Shown here: positions 19,689-28,361 of the stretch, one piece after another
How the letters are laid out: each line of letters starts with the position of its first letter
How positions within the stretch are numbered: position 1 is the stretch's first letter
Notes under the pieces: generated by a model
What the model was told of the DNA's origin: nothing
Seen by the model: the letters and a program-made list of their open reading frames with translations, nothing else
The model's database searches: none
Source: a virus
Lineage: Duplodnaviria; Caudoviricetes
Length of the DNA stretch: 64,000 bases
Reading direction: 5' to 3' (one strand)
Virus record (IMG/VR): IMGVR_UViG_3300044695_006401
Made by a program: the position numbers and the translations under genes

Positions 19689-21815
19689 TCAGTTCTTTAT
19701 CAAGGTGTCTGATTTTTTACTTACCATATTTAACATATTTTCATCAAACTCGAGGTCATTTAAATCATCGGTAATTTCTTTTATTTTTTTTCCTTTTTGT
19801 TTGTTTAATTCCTCCTGTACTTCTTCTTTAGTGACTTGACTTTCATTCTTCTTTTCCCACTCAAGTTGATTTTTTTCGATTTGAGAACTCGCTTGTTCTA
19901 TAGCTAATTTTATTGATTTTGAATCTAAAGAAATATTACCGTAATTATTTATTTTGTCAAATTTTTTGGAGTCTTCCAATAATGATTCTAATGTATCATT
20001 TCCACAAACACCGTCAGGATTCAATCCTCTATTTTTTTGATATTTTTTAATTACATTTTCAGTGTATTTATCATAATATCCCCATTTGAATGATGAATTA
20101 ACGGCACCCAAATTATATGCGGGAGACGACTTTTTCAAAGAAAATATTTTGAAGTTTCGTTTTGTATCGTCCGATAATGTAATATTAACTATATATACCC
20201 CTTCTTGTAATTTAGACATGTCAACAAGTATGTTAGTTTTTTCATCATTATTTTTTGATGCCATTTCTCTACCGTAAACACTATACACTTTGACACTACT
20301 TATTTCTTCAGCATTCTGAAAGTTCAAAATCATATTTTTACTATCGTAGCTATAGCTAGCAACTTTTTGATCACTTTTAATACCTAGTTTTTTTAGAACA
20401 TACTGAATAAAAACAACTTCATACATAAAAGTATTCTTAAAATTTTTCTCACTAAATGTAAGATTAGATTTTATTATTTGTTCCAATGACATGACAACAA
20501 TATCCTTTAAAGTACTAAGTTGTTTCTCTATGTCATCAATTAGTTTTTCTTTCTCTTCTGTATCGCATCTTTCAGCAAATCTTTGTGTTGCTCCGCCAAT
20601 TTTACCTAAGAGAGATAATATTTTATTTTCTGAACCTTCAAGGTCTTGTAGACTAAACGACCTACAAACTCCAAGACCACTTGCGATTGCGTCCCATGTC
20701 ATAAAACCACCTCCCATTACAAGACCTGCTTGTGTTAAAAAATTTGCAGGTAACAAAGATTTTTTTACTAAGTATAGTAAAAATTCTAAAAACTTTTCTA
20801 CATTTTTAGTTAGAGTCATTAGTGTTTTGGTTACTACATTTTTCATGGCAGTTTTAAGTGCCAATTTTACATAATAGTCTTGATTCTCAATAAATTCATT
20901 TAAAGCTTGTCTTTCTTGTGAACTTAACGATTCGGAACCGATCTTTCCTGCTTTCCATAAACCTAACTTTTCTAAAAACTTTTTGAACTTAGGTATGCCC
21001 ATATTCTTTAGGTATTTTGCCAAAAGAGTAAAACCAGGCACTAAAGCAAATACCATACCTAATCCTGCCATATATATATCACCATCTACCGTGGCATAAA
21101 TAGCAGCATCTAATAATTCGAGTGAAAACTCTACTAATCCATAACCTAAACTAGTTCCAATACCACCCGTCGCTATTGCAACTAATACCGCAGATACGGG
21201 TAACACAACATGTAAAAGTTCTCTTGTATATGGAGGTATCATTTGTTTGGCTATTGTTGTGGATGGGTCAAAAACTGATTCATAAGAATATTTTTCATAT
21301 GGATTAAATTTTTGAAGAATATTTTGATATTGTATTAACCATTTGTCATTTTTCTGATATTGTATTTCAGAAGCCATATTAACATCCCTATTAAGTTCTT
21401 GAAAAAATGGGTCTTGGGCAACACTAAACTCTTGTTGTTGTAAAAACTGAATTATTGTTAACCCTACCGATTCGGGAAAATTTTTGTGTATTAATTTTAA
21501 AAGTATGTCATACTGATTTTTGTTTTTTAAGGTTTTTAATGATTCTAGTAATCCGTCCTCATCTGTACCCCATTTCCAAAACTCAACCCAGTATGAATCT
21601 TTGTTTATTTCTTTTTTAATTTTTTCAAAAACTCTATATGCAACTGTCGTGTCTTTAGATGGTCTGTTAGTATCAATTAATGGTTGGAACTGCCCTTCTG
21701 AACCTAATCTATCACTTTTAACGGTTTGTTCCATTAAAGTCTTAGATCTATCAAAATTGATTAATGATAATTGTCTAAGTAGTTCAATATTTAGTGATAA
21801 ATCTTTGTCCATCAT
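19689..21815 (-). CDS. Leader-bearing protein with hydrophobic segments and a C-terminal peptidoglycan-binding domain interrupted by a T9SS-CTD-like insert
   Basis: Start re-called to 21815 (ATGA overlap with the upstream TGA). YYDKYTENVIKKYQKNRGLNPDGVCGNDTLESL is PG_binding_1-like. Confidence 0.65.
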   Translation of the reverse strand: MMDKDLSLNIELLRQLSLINFDRSKTLMEQTVKSDRLGSEGQFQPLIDTNRPSKDTTVAYRVFEKIKKEINKDSYWVEFWKWGTDEDGLLESLKTLKNKNQYDILLKLIHKNFPESVGLTIIQFLQQQEFSVAQDPFFQELNRDVNMASEIQYQKNDKWLIQYQNILQKFNPYEKYSYESVFDPSTTIAKQMIPPYTRELLHVVLPVSAVLVAIATGGIGTSLGYGLVEFSLELLDAAIYATVDGDIYMAGLGMVFALVPGFTLLAKYLKNMGIPKFKKFLEKLGLWKAGKIGSESLSSQERQALNEFIENQDYYVKLALKTAMKNVVTKTLMTLTKNVEKFLEFLLYLVKKSLLPANFLTQAGLVMGGGFMTWDAIASGLGVCRSFSLQDLEGSENKILSLLGKIGGATQRFAERCDTEEKEKLIDDIEKQLSTLKDIVVMSLEQIIKSNLTFSEKNFKNTFMYEVVFIQYVLKKLGIKSDQKVASYSYDSKNMILNFQNAEEISSVKVYSVYGREMASKNNDEKTNILVDMSKLQEGVYIVNITLSDDTKRNFKIFSLKKSSPAYNLGAVNSSFKWGYYDKYTENVIKKYQKNRGLNPDGVCGNDTLESLLEDSKKFDKINNYGNISLDSKSIKLAIEQASSQIEKNQLEWEKKNESQVTKEEVQEELNKQKGKKIKEITDDLNDLEFDENMLNMVSKKSDTLIKN

Positions 21816-22261
21816 GATGCGTATTTTCCTGTTGGTCCGTAACCTCTTCCTGAAGTCCATTTATAACCCGTACCTTGGTAAGTCGGACCTTTAGTTCTCC
21901 CACTATCCCAAACAGTGTTCCCGACAGGGTTTCCCTTAGATCTATTGACTCCACTTTCCCACTTACTTACAGTACCTCCCCCTGAAGATGCGGTATCAGT
22001 AGTGGTATCTGTGGTAGTATCTGTTGTAGTTGCAGTTTCTTCACCCTCTTCTTTGATTTCACCTTCACCCATCCCATCAGAATCATAACTATCCATTTCT
22101 TTGTCCATTTCTGGATTTACACCATATTGTGATGGTCCTGTTTGTCTTGGGTCTTGGTCGTCCGCATAGTCACCATACGGATCTTTTGTAAACTCCGTTG
22201 ATCCTTCTAAGATATTCATCAAATTTTTGATGCGTGATATGCTCTCTTGTAAATTTTTCAT
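21812..22261 (-). CDS. Leader-bearing acidic/low-complexity protein with repeated W-x-SG motifs
   Basis: MKNLQESISRIKNLMNILE leader; KWESG/VWDSG/KWTSG repeats. Confidence 0.7.
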   Translation of the reverse strand: MKNLQESISRIKNLMNILEGSTEFTKDPYGDYADDQDPRQTGPSQYGVNPEMDKEMDSYDSDGMGEGEIKEEGEETATTTDTTTDTTTDTASSGGGTVSKWESGVNRSKGNPVGNTVWDSGRTKGPTYQGTGYKWTSGRGYGPTGKYAS

Positions 22262-22298
22262 TTACTAATAAATACTTTAACAATAAGAAAAATAAGAT

Positions 22299-23636
22299 TT
22301 ATCCTTTGTATTGTAAATGGAAGTGAGGACCTGTGGAAGCATCCGAGGGGTCATTATATTCGTCAATATAACCGAATCCAGAATATTGACCTTTATAATT
22401 ATTCAATAGATTTATAAATTGGCGATGATAACCCCCATCCAAAGTAACATCTAAAGCCTTACCCATAGAGTGTAGACTAGTATAATTTAATCCATGATGG
22501 AATTTATCATTTCCAGATGTCACAACTAAATTTGCGTTAGGAACCATTTTTTTAAATTCCTGAAATAGTGATGTTACAATACCTAAAAACTTAGGATCAA
22601 CATTTCCTCCACTATCTATATCTGCACCACCACCCTTTAGTTGTACGCCAATATTAGACATTTCTTGTTTGAAATCCGAAACGGACCTGTTAATCATCTC
22701 GAATTCATCTTCAGGTTCAACATCTTTTAATATTTTACTTAAAAACTTACTCAAGTCATCCTCATCAAATCCATGAACTCTTAATTCATAAATTAATTCC
22801 TCTAAAGTGTCATTATCAGATATACCTGTTGGTTGAATTGTATTATCCATTTGGAACTTTTTTACCGCCTTTTCTGTTTCTTCATCGTAAAACCCATTTT
22901 CGGTCAAGTCCCCATACCCTAAGAATGATAATGCTATTTTAATAATCCTAACATCATCAATATCACTAAACCTGTCATCAATACTGTAACTATTTTTTGA
23001 TTTAACAATTAAATCGAAGTTATCTAAAAACTCATATATCGTGTCGTAATCTGTTTCGTCATTAATATTAAGGTTTTGGTTTTTCTGTAAAATTTCTTTT
23101 TGATCTTCATTTTCAAATTCAAATCCACCATCGTTAATAAAATTATCAACAACCCCTCTTAGGTTTCTTATAACTTTACTACCCTTTGAAAGTACCTCAT
23201 CCCCAAAAGAAAAGTAGTTACCGACAACATTTACTTTGTCTTTTTCTAACATCTGATGAAATATGATTTCATCATCACCAATTTTGTCCCATTGTTCGTC
23301 ATCAAAGTCATATTCATCGATATCAATATATCCTTTCATCAAATAAAGTTCAGCATTAGGAAATACTCTTGAAAGTTCATTAACTAATGCCGATATGCTC
23401 GTATTTGGGTCAAATAAATCGTTTGACCCAACAGAAAAAAACAAAGTATCAACAAATGGATATGGTTCTTGTCTAGTAAGTTGCATCAATAATAGATTGA
23501 CATCGATGTTTGGATCTATAAGGTCTATTGGTCTAAATAAATCTGAATTATCCAACAAGTAGGCAATTTCATCACCGATTACTGCAACATTTGGTTCGTT
23601 AACAAAATCCTCTTGTAAATTAAAAATCTTTTTCAT
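22299..23636 (-). CDS. Putative peptidoglycan hydrolase: degenerate SGNH-like + PG-binding + M15-like zinc peptidase
   Basis: VIGDE...VGSND (SGNH-like, Ser missing); GFYDEETEKAVKKFQMDNTIQPTG (PGBD); SLHSMGKALD (H-x6-D) and PHFH (HxH) of LAS-fold peptidases. Confidence 0.7.
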   Translation of the reverse strand: MKKIFNLQEDFVNEPNVAVIGDEIAYLLDNSDLFRPIDLIDPNIDVNLLLMQLTRQEPYPFVDTLFFSVGSNDLFDPNTSISALVNELSRVFPNAELYLMKGYIDIDEYDFDDEQWDKIGDDEIIFHQMLEKDKVNVVGNYFSFGDEVLSKGSKVIRNLRGVVDNFINDGGFEFENEDQKEILQKNQNLNINDETDYDTIYEFLDNFDLIVKSKNSYSIDDRFSDIDDVRIIKIALSFLGYGDLTENGFYDEETEKAVKKFQMDNTIQPTGISDNDTLEELIYELRVHGFDEDDLSKFLSKILKDVEPEDEFEMINRSVSDFKQEMSNIGVQLKGGGADIDSGGNVDPKFLGIVTSLFQEFKKMVPNANLVVTSGNDKFHHGLNYTSLHSMGKALDVTLDGGYHRQFINLLNNYKGQYSGFGYIDEYNDPSDASTGPHFHLQYKG

Positions 23637-23938
23637 TTGATTTGTGTTTTAGGTAGTTTGTCGGGATACACAACATAATATTCATTCAAAAATGTCAATA
23701 AGTCATCTTCGTTATTAATATAATCATATTCATCATTATCCCATTCGTCCTCCTCGTCGATTATTGATTCAAAAATATCAAAGTCTTTACTGTTGTCAAA
23801 ACCAAACTCTTCAAAAAAAGAATATTCGATAATATCTTCTCTTACATTATCTTCAGAGTCGCCTAATAACCTAAACTCAATGTTTATTATATTTTGAGTT
23901 TTGTCAACATAATGTGATATAACTTCAATTACTTCCAT
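23633..23938 (-). CDS. Small acidic hypothetical protein
   Basis: 101-aa ORF with coupled overlaps at both ends. Confidence 0.7.
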   Translation of the reverse strand: MEVIEVISHYVDKTQNIINIEFRLLGDSEDNVREDIIEYSFFEEFGFDNSKDFDIFESIIDEEDEWDNDEYDYINNEDDLLTFLNEYYVVYPDKLPKTQIK

Positions 23939-24432
23939 TAATTGTATTTTTGAAATCTTTTGAACATATCTAATGATTTATATACATTCTCCTCAATTTG
24001 ATCTCTTTGTTGTTGTAAATCTTCATCCTTATTAAGTAAATCATCTAAATTAGATTCTTCGTAAACTTCTTCCTCCACTTCATATTCATAAACATCCGAA
24101 GGTCCCTTTGATTCAAAATCATAAGGTCTTTTACCCATACCCATTTGTGTCATAGATTGTTGTGGACCTTTAGAGTCAAAGTCATACGCCGGTGTAATCT
24201 CATCATAGTTGAGTGGTTTTGCTGTAATCTCATTAATATTATGATTTCTGTAGTTCCCAACCTCACCTCTAGAATTAACAGTAATTCCTTCTTTATCACC
24301 AGTGGCGTCGTAAACCCTCAATGGAGTCATATTAGATGGAATATTACCTACCGCATAACCATTATATAATTCACTGTGTTTTTTTAATATTTCTTGTCTT
24401 TCATCATTAGACATTATTGAATATCCTCTCAT
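23938..24432 (-). CDS. Hypothetical protein with leader variant (MSNDERQEILKKH)
   Basis: ORF track; internal repeat YDFDSKGP/YDFESKGP. Confidence 0.7.
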   Translation of the reverse strand: MRGYSIMSNDERQEILKKHSELYNGYAVGNIPSNMTPLRVYDATGDKEGITVNSRGEVGNYRNHNINEITAKPLNYDEITPAYDFDSKGPQQSMTQMGMGKRPYDFESKGPSDVYEYEVEEEVYEESNLDDLLNKDEDLQQQRDQIEENVYKSLDMFKRFQKYN

Positions 24433-25112
24433 TCTATTTCTTTATTTAAAAATTTATTACCTCCAAACATCCAAAATTGTTTAGCCGTTGTTGCCAAACG
24501 ACCCATAGTTCTTTGAACCCTCGGAATACTTATTTCTTCGTTTTTTTTCTCAAGATATTTTAAGGATGCCCTTACAAACAAATCATAAATGTCTTGGGAT
24601 CGACCAACAAGTTTATCTATAAGTATCTGCTTATCTTCATCAGGAGTTCTGTGGTAACTTTGTAATTTGAAAAAATCTTTTATATAGTCAGGACCCATTA
24701 ATAAAAACTTACCACCTTCCGTAGCCATATTGTGTGAACCGATTCTTCTTTCAAGCTCCAAAAACTTATATATCTCATCTAAATCTCTTGTTGAAAAACA
24801 TGCTAAAAAATCACCTTTAGCCATTAGGTCATCAAGATTTTTAAAATTAATTTCTTGTATGTCTTCCTTTTTTTCTTCTTCATCCATTAACCACCCATCA
24901 ACATCGGGTAATAATGAAAGAGTACTGATTACTTTACCATCATTATCAAACCAATTCACTCGGTATTGGTAATCAACGGAACCACCGAAAGAAGGTATTT
25001 TTTCTACTTTTATAACTTCACCTTTAGTTCCGGGACCAACATCCTCCCCATCCATATGGACAAGAATGATTTTATCACCGGTGTCAAGTTTAGGGTTTAA
25101 TCCTTTTTTCAT
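24429..25112 (-). CDS. Hypothetical protein, SH3-like N-terminal half
   Basis: 227-aa ORF; LDTGDKIILVHM...GTKGEV...YRVNW pattern; TATTTAT upstream. Confidence 0.6.
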   Translation of the reverse strand: MKKGLNPKLDTGDKIILVHMDGEDVGPGTKGEVIKVEKIPSFGGSVDYQYRVNWFDNDGKVISTLSLLPDVDGWLMDEEEKKEDIQEINFKNLDDLMAKGDFLACFSTRDLDEIYKFLELERRIGSHNMATEGGKFLLMGPDYIKDFFKLQSYHRTPDEDKQILIDKLVGRSQDIYDLFVRASLKYLEKKNEEISIPRVQRTMGRLATTAKQFWMFGGNKFLNKEIE

Positions 25113-25168
25113 ATCTATAAATAGTATATAAAAACAAAACCCAATCGTATGATCAGGTTTTGTTAAAA

Positions 25169-25789
25169 TTAGTGTCCGTTAAATTTTAATCCTTCATTAG
25201 GTCCTGTTCCTGTCACAACAACTGTAGATACCATAGAACCCTTAATCATCACATCAATGGCAATATACTTGTAGTCTCTATCTTCCAAAATCTTTTTGTG
25301 TGGTGGAGAATTTAAAAAAGACTCTAAAACTTTTTTTGCCTGAACCTCATTAGATGGTCTAACCCCTCCACTATTTATTACCTCACCAATAGGTCCAAAG
25401 TCTTTATTCGTATTGTAGTATCTGATTCTATCTGCAAAGTTTGGAATTAACTGTGTTTTACCCTTGTATTCAAAAGTTGATCCGTCACTAGTGGTGCTTT
25501 TTTGTGGTTCCCCGTGACTAATAAAATACTTTTCTTGTTTGAAAGACTTATCTTGATTTTGTGGTTTATTTACCCAAACCATATCAAACAAATAATTGTT
25601 ATGATGCTCACACGCAAGACTTGCATTTTTATTTATTGTTAAATCAACAACAGAGTCACCATACAAAGTCTTTCTGTGTTCGTTCAGATATTTTAAAAAA
25701 TAAAACTCAACACTATCTGAAAAAATAGTTGTTTGTGTATAACCAAAAGTGTAAATAAAAAAAGATAAAAAAACTAATAGACTTTTCAT
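25169..25789 (-). CDS. Secreted CAP/SCP-domain protein
   Basis: Signal-peptide-like N-terminus; LNEHRK, ACEHHNNY, GEVI, SFLNSPPHKKILED match CAP motifs; TATATTTG upstream. Confidence 0.75.
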   Translation of the reverse strand: MKSLLVFLSFFIYTFGYTQTTIFSDSVEFYFLKYLNEHRKTLYGDSVVDLTINKNASLACEHHNNYLFDMVWVNKPQNQDKSFKQEKYFISHGEPQKSTTSDGSTFEYKGKTQLIPNFADRIRYYNTNKDFGPIGEVINSGGVRPSNEVQAKKVLESFLNSPPHKKILEDRDYKYIAIDVMIKGSMVSTVVVTGTGPNEGLKFNGH

Positions 25790-25808
25790 GTGGAGGTGGT
25801 TTATACCA

Positions 25809-25845
25809 CAAATATATACATTTTTTTATTTTTAAAGATATTTAT
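25809..25845. promoter_or_regulatory. Divergent promoter pair: TATATTTG (minus, for the CAP gene) and TATTTAT (plus, for the leader gene)
   Basis: caaatata at 25809-25816 and tatttat at 25839-25845. Confidence 0.55.
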
Positions 25846-25860
25846 TTTAAAATATTTTAA

Positions 25861-27441
25861 ATGGAAAATGAAAAAAAAATATTAGAAGAAATCAAAAGGT
25901 TTTCTTTTATGACAAATTACGACCCAAGTAAAGTAATTAATGAACAAGAAACAGAGAGAAGAGGTTTTAATATAGGTGCAGATCTTTTTGGTAACGAATT
26001 CAACATGAGAGGAATTCAAAGAAGTCCAACTAAAATTGGTTTAGGTTTTGAATACGATAAAGAACTAGATAAAGAACTGACGACCGCAGGTGATGTATAT
26101 TCTAAAATGTCTGCAGAAATACAAGATGGGGATTATCAAAAACTACCAGCAGAAACTAAAAATATGTTTGCAGAAGGTTTTTATAATGCAATAGAAGCGG
26201 TTATCAACGGACAGAAAGTTAATAAGGAAGATAAAGAAAGTGTAAAAAAACTAAGAAAGTTTTTTAAAAAATCACAAAGATGGTCCTTTTCTGTTATAGA
26301 ACCCGAAGATGTTGGGGTAGTTAAGTTAAGTGTGACATCGAAAGGCGATTTATCAACATTAGAGGGTCTTAATCAAGTAATGAATCAAGAAGTCTTTAAC
26401 CTTAATGAGGCGAATTCTAAAGAAGGTACTATATTATCAAAACAAGGTTCATATTTTTATTACGATAAAAAAGAGGGTGATGTCTCATCAAATGTAATTA
26501 ATAAACCTATACTATCATCATTATTTGCGAGAGCATCTAAACCATTAACTATTAAGGAACTGTCACCTGACGAAAAATACACGACCGTTGGTGGTTTTGA
26601 AATTGTTGTTCCTAAAATCCCTGGAAAGTATGTTGCTGGTTCTTCTGACCCCCAAATGTTCCTCCCAAACATGATGAAAACAATTTTGGATATAGTTTAT
26701 AAAACATCAGTATCATTTAGTGATGGTGATCCGGCAATTACAGTTAAAGAAATGATCGAATGTGGTGATGGTAACTGTGATAGCACATATACAATTAATG
26801 TGACTAGTGCATCAATATTGTCTTCAGCAAGTAACACTTGGGTTAGAGATGAAATATTAGATTATACTCATGAAAATAATGGCACCAAAGTCAAAGATAT
26901 TGGTAGTTTAGATCGTAAAGGAAATAATATTAAAAACTTTAAATTAGCGAAAGAAAGGGGTAATAAGTTAATTCAGGCGGTTCTTACTGACATCGCAAAA
27001 ACACCAGGAATTAAATTATCACAGTCTTTTGATTGGTCGAGTGATATCGAGACGGAAATTCGTATCACAAATACAGGTGGAAAAGTAGACGAAACAAAAA
27101 CATCTGAATTTCCGAATCCCGGTCAATATTCTGAAATATTAATAGATTTTTCGGTTACAAAAACAAAACAAAGGACTAGAGCATCAGTGAACCAACTTAA
27201 AGGTGAAATAACACAGAAAATTATCGTACTGAAATATACAGGACGCAAAGGTGGTGGTTTTGATATAGATTTTTCTTTAATTCCAGGAAGTAAAGAAAAA
27301 TCAATGTACTTAAGAAAAGGATTATTCGGTGGTCGTAAGTGGCTTTCACAAAACACAACAGATCGAAGACTCTCTAATATGTACAAAAAAAGAGATAAGG
27401 CGTTTGAAAGAAAAAGAAAGGCAAATAACCCAAACAGATAA
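25861..27441 (+). CDS. Leader-bearing hypothetical protein
   Basis: MENEKKILEEIKRFSFMTNYDPSKVINEQE; TATTTAT at 25839-25845 on the plus strand. Confidence 0.75.
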   Translation: MENEKKILEEIKRFSFMTNYDPSKVINEQETERRGFNIGADLFGNEFNMRGIQRSPTKIGLGFEYDKELDKELTTAGDVYSKMSAEIQDGDYQKLPAETKNMFAEGFYNAIEAVINGQKVNKEDKESVKKLRKFFKKSQRWSFSVIEPEDVGVVKLSVTSKGDLSTLEGLNQVMNQEVFNLNEANSKEGTILSKQGSYFYYDKKEGDVSSNVINKPILSSLFARASKPLTIKELSPDEKYTTVGGFEIVVPKIPGKYVAGSSDPQMFLPNMMKTILDIVYKTSVSFSDGDPAITVKEMIECGDGNCDSTYTINVTSASILSSASNTWVRDEILDYTHENNGTKVKDIGSLDRKGNNIKNFKLAKERGNKLIQAVLTDIAKTPGIKLSQSFDWSSDIETEIRITNTGGKVDETKTSEFPNPGQYSEILIDFSVTKTKQRTRASVNQLKGEITQKIIVLKYTGRKGGGFDIDFSLIPGSKEKSMYLRKGLFGGRKWLSQNTTDRRLSNMYKKRDKAFERKRKANNPNR

Positions 27442-27442
27442 T

Positions 27443-27472
27443 AAAAAACCCAACCGAAGTTGGGTTTTTTTT
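27443..27472. terminator. Bidirectional intrinsic terminator
   Basis: AAAAAACCCAAC-CGAA-GTTGGGTTTTTT perfect stem between convergent genes. Confidence 0.9.
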
Positions 27473-28307
27473 ATTTAAGTAAGTTGTAATACTCTTTGAA
27501 ATGTTTGATTCGATCGGCTAAACCTATTGTACCACCATTTACTCTTTTAGTAACTGATGTTACGGTAGCGTCATCAGCACCTTTATCACAAATCGCCCAT
27601 AACTTATTTGAATCAAAAAAGAACGCGGCGGAAGCTAATGGATATTTAGTGGCTACTAAGTCAGGGTTAGCAACACAATCCTCACCAATAAACTTTGTAA
27701 AGTTTGTGTAGTTTGCCTTTCCTGTCAATTGAATATAACCTCTTCCTCTGAATTTGAAACCTTCACCTGACGCTTCGTCACCATTACCCATTCTTGATGC
27801 GTAAACACGAGCTGCAATTTTTTCAGGTTTACGAGCGTAAGATTCGTTCAAATTTCCTGGAAAATATTTACCAAATATTTTCTTTAATCCATCCGCAGAA
27901 TAATTTAAGTTTTCACTTACCGCCTTAAAGTTACCCGATTCGTGACCACACTGAGCTAAGAAATGTGCTAACCTTAAATTATTTGTAATATTAAACTTAG
28001 CCGCCGTCTCAGGTATTTGAGTTAGAACCGCATCAGGAATATGACCTTTTAACTTTTCAATATTTAATGGACCCCCTTTTGGAAGAACCACATCTTCTTT
28101 AATGACTTCTGTTTTTGGCGATTGTTCTCCGAACAATTTTGTCCATGTTGTATCTCCAACAATACCATCGTCTTTTAACCCGTTTGCTTTTTGCCAAGCT
28201 TTCACAGCCGCTTCAGTTTTTGGACCGAAGGTTCCTATTGCTTCGACTCCAAGTTTTACCTGTAATTTTTTTACATCTTCTCCTTTAGATCCGACCTTTA
28301 ATAACAT
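27471..28307 (-). CDS. Endolysin-like PG-binding + GH19 (chitinase/lysozyme-like) hydrolase
   Basis: MLLKVGSKGEDVKKLQ...FGPKTEAAVKAWQKANGLKDDGIVG (PGBD); AHFLAQCGHES, FRGRGYIQLTGKANY, TKRVNGGTIGLADR (GH19). Confidence 0.9.
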   Translation of the reverse strand: MLLKVGSKGEDVKKLQVKLGVEAIGTFGPKTEAAVKAWQKANGLKDDGIVGDTTWTKLFGEQSPKTEVIKEDVVLPKGGPLNIEKLKGHIPDAVLTQIPETAAKFNITNNLRLAHFLAQCGHESGNFKAVSENLNYSADGLKKIFGKYFPGNLNESYARKPEKIAARVYASRMGNGDEASGEGFKFRGRGYIQLTGKANYTNFTKFIGEDCVANPDLVATKYPLASAAFFFDSNKLWAICDKGADDATVTSVTKRVNGGTIGLADRIKHFKEYYNLLK

Positions 28308-28361
28308 ATTTTTTAGTTTTATTAATTAATGTGTTTCCACATAAAATAAATATAAGTAAGT

